Source: a plasmid
DNA length: 64,000 nt
Sequence record: NZ_CP064874.1
Direction: 5' to 3' (one strand)
Shown: one piece after another, positions 8,330 to 19,900 of the stretch
How the letters are laid out: each line of letters starts with the position of its first letter
Position numbering within the stretch: position 1 is the first letter of the stretch
Made by a program: the position numbers and the translations under genes
The notes under the pieces: generated by a model
The model's database searches: none
The model's input: only the letters and a program-made list of their open reading frames with translations
Told to the model about the DNA's origin: nothing

Positions 8330-9835
8330 GAAGCTGCTGACGTAAAAGCGTGTGTTCGTTCGAGTAGAGGCATCGGCGGCAACTGCTTCGGTCAAGAGAG
8401 CCGAATCGACTCTACGCTGAACGGTTGCTACCCAAAGGTATACGTCCAGACTCAGAGATGGGTTGAAGACCGCTGCATAGTCTGCCTCGTTGTTGAGCAA
8501 TGTCGACGGGCGTGCACGCGCATCATCAGGTCGGCTCAGTCCAATCGCCATCACGGCCTGCCCGAGTGTGGCGATGCTGATGATCTTGTCGGCTGGCTTT
8601 CCGGCGTTCTTGTAGAAGTTCTTTCGGCGGTCGTAGTACCAGCCCTTCGCGGCGAAGTGCGACTCGATCTGGCGGTGGAGATCCTCGGTCGCATGCAGCG
8701 ACGCGTCTGGAACCTTCGTTTGACTGTTGGTCGCTCGGATCACGTCGTCACGAGTGGCCTCGTCGAGGGTCTTGATTACTCTGACCTGGACAGATCGCCG
8801 CTTGTGGCGCTCAAGGTCGACGCCGGTCGCGGTAAGGACATCGTGGATGGCATGCGAGGTCTGCATGCCATTGACGATCTGCACACCCGACAGAGTGAAG
8901 GTCTTCTCCCCGCCGATATTCACCCCTGAACACAGGATCGTTACCCCGTTGTTTAGCCACCAGAAGTCTCGCTCATCGTCGGCTTCGAGAGTTGCCTGCA
9001 TCTGCCTGTTCACGGTGACTGCGCCCTGGAAGTCGCGAACGTTCCAATCGAACAAATGACCGCGGAGTGCCCCCGACTCGTCAGAAAGGAATCGGAAGTA
9101 CTCGGGTAGCGAGACGAGACCGGCATAGGAGTCGCCTTCCGAGATGTAGTCCCGGAACCGGAGCTGGAGGTCATACTCAGGCGTGGCGCTCGCCATCGCC
9201 CACAGCTCCCTCGCGCCCACGAGGCGCGCCTCGACATCTGACCCAATGACCAGCGAGGAGAGCGCCGCGCGGGTGTCGGCGACCTTCTGTGTAACACCCG
9301 CTGACGCGCTCGTGGTGTCGCCGCGTGACACATATGCGAACGTGATCGAGATGCGTGGCGACCGGATACTGAGCAACGTCCACGCCCTGGTAAACAAGCG
9401 AACACGCGCGATGACATCGGCCGAATAGATCCCAGCCAGCTGCTCGTCGGTGAAGTTCAGGTCGAGCAGCTTCTTCGTGCTCGCGTTCACCTTGTCGAAT
9501 GCGTCCTCGCCGAATCCCTCCGAGCGCTTCGCCTGGATGAGCCACAGGGAAATCTCGGCGCCCTTTCTCACTTCGCTCGGCTTGAAGCCGTCCTCAAACA
9601 CGTCAGAGTCCTCGCTGAGGAGGCGGCCGTCGAGGAAGGTGTAGACGGCGTCAAGCCCGCCGTCCAGTCCTCCGCCGATCCTGCCCGCTTCGATCTCCTC
9701 GTCGCTGAGGTTCTGCCCGCTAAGGACCGTCGCAGCAGCGAACACTTCGAACGCAACGTCATCGGGCAGGGGCGTATCTCGACTGTCCTGCGCCGCCTTG
9801 AGGAACTGATCGACAAGGACAACCTCATTGCTCAT
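8288..9835 (-). CDS. AIPR-family protein (abortive-infection phage-resistance-like); last 14 codons and the stop are supplied by the MITE
   Basis: 515 aa. Carries AIPR hallmarks (…DFWWLNNGVTILCSGV…IVNGMQTSHAIHDVL…). The C-terminal residues LGRVDQEVPLLGG* are encoded by MITE sequence. Confidence 0.7.
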   Translation of the reverse strand: MSNEVVLVDQFLKAAQDSRDTPLPDDVAFEVFAAATVLSGQNLSDEEIEAGRIGGGLDGGLDAVYTFLDGRLLSEDSDVFEDGFKPSEVRKGAEISLWLIQAKRSEGFGEDAFDKVNASTKKLLDLNFTDEQLAGIYSADVIARVRLFTRAWTLLSIRSPRISITFAYVSRGDTTSASAGVTQKVADTRAALSSLVIGSDVEARLVGARELWAMASATPEYDLQLRFRDYISEGDSYAGLVSLPEYFRFLSDESGALRGHLFDWNVRDFQGAVTVNRQMQATLEADDERDFWWLNNGVTILCSGVNIGGEKTFTLSGVQIVNGMQTSHAIHDVLTATGVDLERHKRRSVQVRVIKTLDEATRDDVIRATNSQTKVPDASLHATEDLHRQIESHFAAKGWYYDRRKNFYKNAGKPADKIISIATLGQAVMAIGLSRPDDARARPSTLLNNEADYAAVFNPSLSLDVYLWVATVQRRVDSALLTEAVAADASTRTNTRFYVSSFLGRVDQEVPLLGG

Positions 9836-9895
9836 CGAAGATTCCCGCTTCCTGGTCGCGCTCGACCATCGACACGTTCAGCCAACCTAGCTGTT

Positions 9896-10858
9896 TCACG
9901 ACTCGTCTCTATTCACAGTGTCGGGGCCGAACCACTCGGGCGGGACGCCATCTGCCCACTGCTCCAGGGCCGAGTCGTCGATCGCGTAGTAGCCAGCAAC
10001 AAGGTGGCACGCCTTGTAGAAGATCAGGCAAGCGAGACGCACCTGCCAGGCCACCACGCCACGACCGACGGTCCAGGGTCGACGGGCTACACCGTCAATC
10101 TCTATCGGGATCGACTGCTTGTCGACGGTGAGCAGGGACGGGTGCGAGTAGTCCGAGAGCGAGTCGTAGAGAACCTTTGTCTTTCCCTCGAAGCACAGGT
10201 CTGCGAACGATGCAGCCGCGCCACCAAGGCTCGCCATCCCCTGTCCGGCCACAGTCCAGGTCTCGATCAGATCGGGAGAGGACAGGTCGATCTCAACGGC
10301 GGTCTCGCCGAAGATTGCCCTGGCCTCAGCGATCTTGGTGTCGCGGAGCACCTTCGCACGATTCCCGTGCCCTCTATCGAACTTGCCTGCTGTATACCGC
10401 TCTCGCCGTAGCGAGGAGATCGCCTCCAGGTATAGGCGGGCGACCCGCACCTCGCCGGCTTCCACCTGGACGCGCGGATCGAGCAGCCATGCGGCTCGTC
10501 CCGCGAACTCGAGTTCCGCGCGCACGAGCGGCCATAGCGCCACCGCAACTCGCCGCGCACGGAGCAGCGCCTCGACGGCGAGAAGCTGCTGGCTGATTGC
10601 ATCCACGTACAGCCCGGCGCGCTGACCTGCACCATGTTCGACATTAGCTGGAGCGTCCGGCTTCGCTTCACGAAACTGCCGGGCCTCGGTCGCCGCTGGC
10701 GAGCCGTTGGCGGGGAGTACCGCGAGTCCGCGCGCCATCTCCATCCACGCGAGCACAAGGTGGTGGCAGAGGTCGGCGTACGTATCCAACTCCGCGGCCA
10801 ACTCATCCGGCACGTCAACCCACGCGGTATCATTCTCTATCTCGGGTCCCTGGCTCAT
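9896..10858 (-). CDS. hypothetical protein (operon member between the DUF499 and AIPR genes)
   Basis: 320 aa with good GC3. Its start lies 7 bp after the DUF499 stop. No family was recognised. Confidence 0.55.
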   Translation of the reverse strand: MSQGPEIENDTAWVDVPDELAAELDTYADLCHHLVLAWMEMARGLAVLPANGSPAATEARQFREAKPDAPANVEHGAGQRAGLYVDAISQQLLAVEALLRARRVAVALWPLVRAELEFAGRAAWLLDPRVQVEAGEVRVARLYLEAISSLRRERYTAGKFDRGHGNRAKVLRDTKIAEARAIFGETAVEIDLSSPDLIETWTVAGQGMASLGGAAASFADLCFEGKTKVLYDSLSDYSHPSLLTVDKQSIPIEIDGVARRPWTVGRGVVAWQVRLACLIFYKACHLVAGYYAIDDSALEQWADGVPPEWFGPDTVNRDES

Positions 10859-10864
10859 CGACCG

Positions 10865-13800
10865 TCAGTCCATCGACCAGTCGTCGTCGCCGAAGCCGAG
10901 GGTCTTGAGGTTCTCGCGGATCGCCGAGCGCTGGTCGTCGCTGAGCTTGGCGAGCTGCTCGGACTCGATGTCGATCGAGACGCGCACCGGGACGCCGGCC
11001 GTGACGAAGTGCGACACGATCTCCTCGTAGATCTGCCCGGCGTCGCGCACGACGCGGTTCACGGTGAGGTTCTTCGTCGCGTGGAATCGCGTTGGCGCGG
11101 TGGCCGCTGCACGCCCGCCCCCCGAACTCGTCGTCGTTCCCGGCGCTCCTGAATCCGTGCCGGGCGACGACGTTCCCGATCCGCCCGTCGCAGTGCCCGT
11201 CCCGCCTTGCTCGCCTTCGCCACTCTGACCCTCGGTGACCCTAGTGTCAGCTTCGATCTGATGGGTCGCGATAACAGGGTCGACGAGCAGCCCTCCTTGC
11301 CGTACAGCAGCAGGAGCCTTCATGGTCAGGCCGCTGAATCTGCCGTCCTCGTACGAGTCGGCGTAGGCGAAGCCGTCGAGTTCCACGACGAGGGCGTCGT
11401 CAAGGTGCCACACGGCGTCGATGACGACCTTCGGCTGCACGACCTTCGGCATGTAGACGTACTGGCTGAAGTACCCGACCAAGACGTCGAGTGGCACGTA
11501 CGGCTTCTCGCGCCACAGGTTCAGCCGGTTGATCTGCATACGGAGAAGTGACGGCGAGAAAGTGCGAACGACGAACTCGCCTGCGTCGGCCTTCTTGGTC
11601 ACGCGCGCAGCGAGTGTGCCGTCGCCGTTCATTAGAATCGACTCCAGCTCGATCTCGGCGGCGCCGGGCTCCTGAGTCGGAACGAGAATCCAGCGGTAGG
11701 CCTCGCGGATCGCGTCCTTCACCGTCTGCTTCTGCTGGGCAACGCGTGACTCGGCGACTTTGATGTTGTGCTGGTCGAGGTTCAGCGAATCGCGGTTCTC
11801 GAGTATGTACTCCCATGCCATCCGCTGGCGCACGGCATTGAGCAGGATGTCGATGCGGTCGACCTCGGGAGCGAGGAAGACGAGAGAGTTCTTGTGGATG
11901 CGCGCGTTGGTGCCGCGCTTCGTCAGGAACTCGATCGCCGCGTCCTCAGCCACGGAGCGCCCGCGCTTCGAGAAGGGACGGTCGGGTCCGAAGATCACGA
12001 GACCGATGCCCGGGTCGTCCTCGACGTCGATGCTGCCGTGCGGCAATCGATGCACGCGCTCGAACAGGCCCTTATCGGTCTCCTGGCGGACGACCTGCGC
12101 CAGCTCGTCGAACACCTGCTCCTCGTGGTAGGAGTCGGCGCGCTCCTGCACGATCTGCGCGACGGTCTGCTGCAGCGACAGCCAGTACCGGTCCTGGTCC
12201 CGGTTCATGTACTTGCCGAGGTCGCCGAGTCGTCGCAAACCGTCAGCGACGTGCGCGGGGTTGTCGCCCGGGTAGGTCGAACCGAGCACTACGCGCTTCT
12301 GTTCGATACCGCGGATGGTCGCGGCGCTGCCGTCGCGATTGCGGAGGTTGGCCATCGGAGCGGTGCCGAGGAACACACAACGAGCGGCGCGTTTGGTCGC
12401 CATGGACCGGCCGAGGATCTTGATGTCGCTGTCCACGATGTTGGCCGTCGAGGTCTCGCCTGCGACGTCAGCGTCCACGATCGGTTTCCAGGAGTCGTCG
12501 AGATGGTTGGCCAACTCGTCGAAGACCTTCGCGTTGTCGAGCGGGATCGAAGCGGGGAGGATCATCGGTGATCGGTCACCGCTCGTCCAGAGGGCGTAGA
12601 CGACCGTCGCCATGAGGCGCAGTACGCCGCGGGTGCGCTGGAAGCGCTCCAGGGTCGACCAGTCCTTGTAGAGCCGATCGAACAGCTCCGGGTGGATCGG
12701 GTAGGCGGTGCGCATCGATGCGCGGTAGCCGGGCTGCATGACCTCGCTTGGCACATCCGAGCCGTAGCGCACGTAGTGGTCCATGTACTTGTGAACGACG
12801 AGGTCGCGCGCGGCGTCTTGTTCTCGTCCGAACGGCTTGAAGATGCGCCGCCTGACGATCTCGAACGACTCCTCGATCGTCGCCGGCTGCCAGGCAGACT
12901 CCAGACGGTGGATCACGGAGCGGAGGTGTCGCAATGCCTCCAGGCCCGCGGTGCCGCCAACCTCGTGCTCGTTCTCGGTCGGCGTCTCGGCTCCCTGCAT
13001 GTCGCGGACGACGTCGGACGCCGGGAGCGAGACTACGAGGAGCGCGGTCGGGACGGCCTTCACTGCCTCGGTCAGCGACTGCACGAAGGTCATGTGGCCG
13101 TCGAACGTCCCGGCGGGCGCGACCTTCTCACGTGACCAGAGCTGGCGCAGATACGCTACCCACTCGTCGATGAGGATGATGCACGGCCCGTACTTCTCGA
13201 AGAGGTCGGCTAACGCGGTGGTCGTTGGTGGCACCGACTGCTCGTCGTACCGCTTCAGGAGTTCGTACCCGTCGACGCCCCCGAGCTGGTACGCCAGCTC
13301 GCCCCACAGTGTGTTGACGGTGATGCCCTCGGGCTTTGGCATCCCCAGGATTGAGAGGTCGTTGCCGACAAGGACCGCACGATTGACGCTGGCGGGAAGC
13401 TCCGCGACGCCAATGCCGTCGAGCAGCTCCCGCATCCCCAGCAGCTGCTCAGCGGGTACTCCTGCTGCTGCGTGGTAGACGGCCAGCAGCGAGTGCGTCT
13501 TGCCGCCACCGAAGGTCGTCATCAGGTCGATGACCGGTTCTCCACCTCCGCCACTGAGGCGCTTGATCGCCTGCTCTAGAAGGTAGCGCAGGCCGCGAGT
13601 GAGGTAGGTGCGACCGAAGAACTCCACAGGGTCGCCGTACTCGGGGCCGGCCACGCCCTGGTGCACCTGACGCAGGTCTGCGGCGAACTGGGCCAACTCG
13701 AACGTGCCGCGGGCGACATCGTCGTGAGGTTCAATGACGTCGCGCCATGCGGGGAGACCAGTCGAGTCGACTTGCACTGAGAGGGCCCGCTCCTGGGCGC

Positions 13801-14251
13801 GCTGGAGCCGCTTCTGGTCCTCCTCGAACATGAGTCGGCGGAACTCTCGACGCATCTCATCGGCCTTGTCCGCGTGCTGAGCAGCACCGATCGACCGGAG
13901 GATGTGCTCGCCGTCCATGAGCACCCGCTCGGTGCGCTCCGACGAGATTCGCTCTCCGTGCGCCCACTCCTTGCGGGCATCCCACAGTGCAGAGATCACT
14001 CGTTTGTCCTCGAAAGTGAGCTGCTCCTTGAAGACCTGATGCCACTGCTTGTCGAAAACCCAGAACAGGTACGCGGGGTCTGTGGGACTCGGTGAGCCGT
14101 CACGCCCGGTGAGGCCAGCCGTTCGCCCGACCTCGGCGGCCCAGCTGCCGCCGTGCTTGGCTTCAAGGAGCCCGATCATCCACGGGCCGAGCCCTTCAAC
14201 CACGAGGTCGAGTACCCGTCCAACGCGTTCCTTGTTTGAAAGTGCCGCCAT
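10865..14251 (-). CDS. DUF499 P-loop ATPase with an N-terminal Swt1-like HEPN region
   Basis: Walker A TTFGGGKTHSLLAVYH; protein is larger than 1100 aa. The start MAALSNKERVGRVLD (ATG at 14251) overlaps the MTase stop (TGAcATG). The ORF-track N-terminal extension was not used. Confidence 0.85.
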   Translation of the reverse strand: MAALSNKERVGRVLDLVVEGLGPWMIGLLEAKHGGSWAAEVGRTAGLTGRDGSPSPTDPAYLFWVFDKQWHQVFKEQLTFEDKRVISALWDARKEWAHGERISSERTERVLMDGEHILRSIGAAQHADKADEMRREFRRLMFEEDQKRLQRAQERALSVQVDSTGLPAWRDVIEPHDDVARGTFELAQFAADLRQVHQGVAGPEYGDPVEFFGRTYLTRGLRYLLEQAIKRLSGGGGEPVIDLMTTFGGGKTHSLLAVYHAAAGVPAEQLLGMRELLDGIGVAELPASVNRAVLVGNDLSILGMPKPEGITVNTLWGELAYQLGGVDGYELLKRYDEQSVPPTTTALADLFEKYGPCIILIDEWVAYLRQLWSREKVAPAGTFDGHMTFVQSLTEAVKAVPTALLVVSLPASDVVRDMQGAETPTENEHEVGGTAGLEALRHLRSVIHRLESAWQPATIEESFEIVRRRIFKPFGREQDAARDLVVHKYMDHYVRYGSDVPSEVMQPGYRASMRTAYPIHPELFDRLYKDWSTLERFQRTRGVLRLMATVVYALWTSGDRSPMILPASIPLDNAKVFDELANHLDDSWKPIVDADVAGETSTANIVDSDIKILGRSMATKRAARCVFLGTAPMANLRNRDGSAATIRGIEQKRVVLGSTYPGDNPAHVADGLRRLGDLGKYMNRDQDRYWLSLQQTVAQIVQERADSYHEEQVFDELAQVVRQETDKGLFERVHRLPHGSIDVEDDPGIGLVIFGPDRPFSKRGRSVAEDAAIEFLTKRGTNARIHKNSLVFLAPEVDRIDILLNAVRQRMAWEYILENRDSLNLDQHNIKVAESRVAQQKQTVKDAIREAYRWILVPTQEPGAAEIELESILMNGDGTLAARVTKKADAGEFVVRTFSPSLLRMQINRLNLWREKPYVPLDVLVGYFSQYVYMPKVVQPKVVIDAVWHLDDALVVELDGFAYADSYEDGRFSGLTMKAPAAVRQGGLLVDPVIATHQIEADTRVTEGQSGEGEQGGTGTATGGSGTSSPGTDSGAPGTTTSSGGGRAAATAPTRFHATKNLTVNRVVRDAGQIYEEIVSHFVTAGVPVRVSIDIESEQLAKLSDDQRSAIRENLKTLGFGDDDWSMD

Positions 14252-14252
14252 G

Positions 14253-16927
14253 TCAGAAGAGCCCTTCCGCAGTCGTGCGTCCGTCCCCGCTGAGCCGAAC
14301 AAGTTCAGCCCAGGAGTTGATCAGCGCGTTGTACCGTTCCTGATCTGTGGTTCGACCTTTGCGTGCAGCAATATCGTGCAATCGGTAGGCCAGCGCCATC
14401 GCCGGGTCGTGTAGGTCGGACAACCGAGCCATCAACTTGGCCGAGGCGAGTTCGCCGCCACCGTCGATCAGGCGGTCGGCAAGGTGATGCACAGCCTCCC
14501 ACGCCGTCGGTCGCGAATCGTTCGCCGGACTCCACTGCCTGTCCAAGCCACCATTTCCGAGAAGTTGCACCTTATTGGCCTGGCTTGTTGCCACTTGAGC
14601 ACGAACGACGTCATCAACACTTATTCCCAGAGGGCGCACAGCCTTATCAGCCTCGCCGAATGCTGCCGGCGCCCAACCGTGGCTCTCCCACCAACGAACT
14701 GCGAACCGCGATTCCGGATCGAGATCGCCTTCCTGCTCGTCGAGGACCTCGGCGAGTGCTTGATTGATCATCCGAAGCGCTTGGTCCACCTGAACGCGCT
14801 GGCCTGCTTGGTCAAGGACCGCCCTGTAGCGGGAGAAGATCTGCATTCCCGGGCCCATGGCGGCCTGAGCGAGGTCGACGGGGAGTATCGATGCCGCCTG
14901 AAGGTCGCGGACGGCGGTCGACAGCTCACGCCGTAGGGCACGGTTGAAATCGCTGAGCGAGCACGTGAGTGATTCGACACCCCTGGGCCGGCAGACCATG
15001 ACGATGTATGAAGCCACGGCGTTGGTGCCCGCGGAGACCATACGTGCTTCTGTAGTTCCGCGGATCGGCCATGAACCAGTGATCTCGAGGTCGGCGGCGA
15101 TCATGGCGGAGAGGATTGCCGACCACCGAGTCTCCTCGCCCTTTCCCGCCTTTTGCTCTTTTGAGGCATAGACCACAAGCATCGGAAGGCCCGGTGCCGA
15201 CGACCTTTCGAGGTTCCCGAAGGTCTCGGTAAACCCCTGAACGAAGTAGTTCGTCGCTTCCTGCTTGCTGTTGCCATGCCGCGAAGCGACTGCAGTTAGC
15301 TCGCCTGCCTTCGGGGCGGCAACAGTCGAGTAGAGGTCGGGGTGCACCTTTCGTAGCGCTCTCCGATGCCAAACATAGAAGAAGTCCGAGATATCCGCGT
15401 ACCCAATCGCGTCGAAGTACGGCGGATCCGTGGCGACAAGTCCCGGTTGGTCAAGTGTTGCGACTCGAGCGTCCGCCCTGCGAACGGCGGCGGGCGCGCC
15501 GCCGAGCGCTGCGTACGGCAACGCTCGGAGCATGGTCTTGACCATACCGAGCCAATCCCCGACCGATCCTCCAAACACGTTGACCTCAGGAAAATCCCAG
15601 GTCATCGGTAGGTTGTGTGTTGAAAGCGCTGCTTCAGCCTTTGCCTGCGGTTGAACGCGCCAAATGGCCATTGACGAGGAGAACTGCGCCATCTTGCCGA
15701 CAGCGAGACCGAGCAGCGATGTGACTGCCGTCGCCCACTCGTGGTCACCGCCGTCCGCCAGGATCCGGTCGTAAACCCCGGCAACCAGGTCCGCGAATGT
15801 CGCGAGCGTCAACTCCTGGCGGGGTTCATCAGCGAGCTCCACGTTTCCATCCCATAGAGGCCGACGCGGATGCTCTGCCCCTCGGTGTTGATCGGTACGT
15901 CGTCCGACTCGACCCGTGACGCGATCGAGGCGATCGCATCCATCTCTTCCGCCAGCGGTTCCCGATACACACGCCTCTTGCCGCGCATCGTTACGACCGC
16001 TGTCATCCGAAGGCCTAGTCGCCCTGCCTTGCCTTCTCCGCGGAGATAAGGTCCGTCGAGGGTCGAACCGCAGTTAGCGCATGAGAAGACGCCATCGCCG
16101 ATCTTCAGCGAGCTAGCAGGGCCCCCACCCGTCTGGCCGGAGACCACCTTGAGCTGGATGGAGCCAGATTCAGCGCGAATGTCGTACCAGGCCAGGTCCC
16201 CGCCCTTCTTGGAGATCCAGTTCGACGTGAGTAGCGGTGTCGTCGCCCCGCAGGCGGGGCTCGGACATGCCGCCGTGCGTGCCCATAGCCATGCGATCGG
16301 TGTTTCGCCCGCCGGCCACGAGTAGGCCGAGCCAAGGCGCTCGAGAGCCCGCTGCTCAATCTCCTTCGCGTAGAACGTCACATCATCAACTAGACCTTGC
16401 AGCGGATGTCCCGTTCCAAGGCTAAAGAGTCCATCGCTGACCGCCTCAGCAATGCCCTGCCGCCCGGCCATCGCCGGAACTATAGAGGCAATTGTTCGTG
16501 AGATGAGCACCGGAACCGGATTGAGATCGGAGCCGTACGCCGGGAGGCCGAGTCGCTGTGCCTCTATGAGCGTGGAGCCGCCTCCACAGAAAGGATCCAG
16601 AACGGGTGGGACGCCGTTCGGGAACTGTCGCGCGAGCACGCGGCGCGCCTCAGACAGGTCGGTGTCGCCAGGGACGTCTGCGCCGCTGCTCACCATCCGT
16701 TTGATCAGATCCAAGAGATACACCCGCTGATTGTCGTCTTCCGGATCATCGACCAGTGCGGCGAAGAGAAGAGCGCGCCACGCGGGAAGAGGCATAGGCG
16801 CGAACCACTTATGCAGGTTGCGGATAGTCCCCGTCTTGCGGTCCTTGTCCGCCTTGCAAGCCGCGTTGATCTCGTCGAGGGGCAGCGCGACCTCGATCAG
16901 CTTCTTCTTTCGGGCTGTCTCGGTCAC
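14253..16927 (-). pseudogene. DUF1156-family N6-adenine DNA methyltransferase, split into two frames (15809..16927 and 14253..15842): frameshift or sequencing error
   Basis: The N-terminal ORF begins KKLIEVALPLDEINAACKADKDRKTGTIRNLHKWFAPMP (DUF1156). The C-terminal ORF carries DPPY (…LVATDPPYFDAIGYADISDFFYVW…). The two frames overlap by 34 bp, giving about 900 aa combined. Confidence 0.8.
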
Positions 16928-19900
16928 TGCTGGCTCATCTCCGTTGCGTCGTTCCAGAAGGGCTCCCAGTCGTATTCGACGCGCGCCGCGCGAGGATCGA
17001 TGGGCTGATCTATGGGGTGCCTCAGGTAGCGCACTGTCGTCGTGTCATCCTCCGCTACCTGGACGAGCGCGAGCACCGAGTGGTCGGCCTTGTTCAGCGC
17101 AGTGACCGCTTCCTGCCGGGTGAGCACGAAAGTGCGGCCGCCGACGACGCGGCCCTTCACCTCGATGAAGTCGAGACTCCGCCCGGTGTCGGACTCGATG
17201 TCGTAGCCGGGGTTGTTGTGGTGCATCTCTGTCGGATCGTGCCCGAGCGCGTGCTCGACTCGGAGAACGGCATCGACGGCCAGACGCTCCACCCGCGTTG
17301 TCTCCCTGGCACGGTCAGCTGCGCCTTCCGGGTCAGTCTGAGCATCCAGCCATCCCTGCGTGACGACTAGACAAGCGCCGGTCACCCGAGGCGGGCGAAC
17401 CGAGATGTCACGTTCTTGCTCAAGTTCTCGTAGCCGTCGGTCGAGTCGACGGGCCAGGGCCTCGGCCCGTTCCTGCATTTGAGATGCCGGGAGGCGGGTC
17501 TTCCTGCCCGCTCGCTCCTGTTCGCTCAGCTCGAAGGCACGGCGGTCCCAATAGTTGATCTCGCGAGTAAGGCGCTCGCGAACGAGGCGCTCGGTCTTGT
17601 CAACGCGCTCGATGGTGCGTCGGCTGACTTCGTCAGCGTGCTGCCGAGCGATCGTGACCGATGCCTCGCGAATGACGCGACGGTCTAGATCGGCTGCCTG
17701 TGCCCAAGGCTCACCGAGCAGCGGTTGGCTTGCCTCCACTTCCTCGTCAGTGGGGACCTCGAAGTTCGGGATCGGCGAGCCAGTGAGAGGCGTGATGGTT
17801 CCGTCTTCGTCGATACGGGCGTACTGGGCGCGACGCGACACGACACGAGGCTGCCCATCCTGCGCGATGCGTCCGTCGGTGACGTCGTGTTCGAGGAGGC
17901 TGACAACGTAAGGCTGAGTCGTCAGGTCAGAGCGGTCGACGAGGACCGCTCCGCGACGGAGCGCGTCGATGTAGCGGTCGGAGACGACGCTCATCGTGGC
18001 CGACATCAGCGGGTGGCCCGGGTGTAGGAGCGTCGCGAGGCGGTTGTTGCCGTCTACTCGGACGTACTTCGGGTCGAAGGTGACGCGGTAGTACTCGTCG
18101 ACCACGGGCTGGCCGTAGCCGGTAATGCGGTCGCGCTCCTTGATCTCGCCAGGCACTCGCTTGATCTCGAAGCGGTGGCTCTCGCGCATGCGGAGCTGCC
18201 CGCCCACGTCAGCGAACGCACGGTGAAAGAACGCCTCGACGTGGTGGGGCTGGAGGCGGGCCGCCTCGGCTCGCTCCATCTCACGTCTCATGTCGTCGAC
18301 CTCAGTGTCGCTCATCGCGCCGGGCACAAGCTGGTTCGCCTTCAGCAGCTCGGGGATGCCGTCGGCGATCTTGGGGTCGACGACCTCGGTGAGGTAGCGC
18401 TCGCGCTCCGGCCTGTTTGCCTCGCGGATAGCGGCGATCATCAGGTCGCGCAGTGCGTTGCCCTGGAAGAGCTGACCGAGGACGTCGTAAACGCGCCCGC
18501 CGAGCGTGGCGCGCTGCTCCTCGAGCTTCTCCAGCAGCCGCGTGTACACATCGCCCTCGCGGGTGTCATCGGCGACGAGCGACCACATGAAGCACGTGTT
18601 GGGCTGACCAATACGGTGCACCCGCCCGAAGCGCTGTTCGATGCGGTTGGGGTTCCACGGCAGGTCGTAGTTGATCAGCAGGTGGGCGTTCTTATGGAGG
18701 TTCACGCCTTCGCCCGCAGCATCGGTGGCGATGAGGAACACACAACGCTCGTTCTGCTCGAAAGTCTCCTTCGCCTTCTTGCGGTCTTCCCGCTTGGTAC
18801 CTCCGTGGATGGTGATCACGGCGTCGTCTCGGCCGAGGTGCTGAGTCAGACGCATAACCAGGTCGTCGAGGGTGTCCTTGTGCTCGGTGAAGATGATCAC
18901 CTTGCGACGCGCACCGGTGTCATCGCGCATCTCGTCGGTGTCGTCCAAGGTGTCGCGCAGGGCATCCCACTTGGCGTAGGTGGGTGACGATTTCACAGCA
19001 GACGACTTCACGAGGAGCCGATCGACGACGAGGATCTCGGTCTCGAGTTCCTCCGGCGTGCGTGCGGTCGTGGCTCCAGCGATCGCCTGGTCTTCGAGCG
19101 CCTCGCGTTCCTCGTCGGTGAGGTCTTCCAGGTCGTCCCAGTCCTCGGGCACATCGGGGGTGTCCGACTTCACTGCGGCGTACATGCGCGCTTCGCGCAG
19201 CTCGGACTCAAGGCGTGCCTTGCGGCGTTCGAGGGAGCGGTGGATCGCCGCGGGTGATGAAGCAAGGCGACGCTGGAGCGTCGTGAGCGCGAACCCGACG
19301 GCAGTCCGACGACGATTGTCACCCTCGATCGCATCGGCGCGGTTCATCTCGTCACGGACATAGTCGGTGACGGCGACGTAGAGGTCCTTCTCGGCCTGGG
19401 ACAGCTCGTACTTGACCGTGAACGCGAAACGCTCGGGGAACAGTCGCGTGCCCTCGAACGTACGAAGCTCCTCCTTGACCAGACGGCGCATGAGATCCGA
19501 GACGTCGACCTTGCGGCTTCCCTCCCGGGCGACGCCCTCGAAGCGGTCGGAGTCGAGCAGCGCCATGAAGAGCTGGAACTGCTCCTCTTTCCCGGAGTGG
19601 GGCGTCGCGGTCATCATCAACAGATTGCGCGCGTGTTTCCCCAGCTCCTCGGCCATCTGGTAACGCTTGGTCTTCTTGACCTCGTTGCCCCAGACCGTGG
19701 CCGACATCTTGTGGGCTTCGTCGAAGATGATCAGGTCCCAGTCGACCTCACGGGCCTTGTCGAGGATGCCTTCGCTGTTCCGCGCGAGGACGTCGAGTCG
19801 TGCTAGCCAGAGCCCGCCTCGTGCGAAGGGGTTGCCCTCGTGAAGGATCTTGTCGCGAGTGAGGCTCTCGAACTCCAGGTCGAACTTCTCCCGCATCTCC

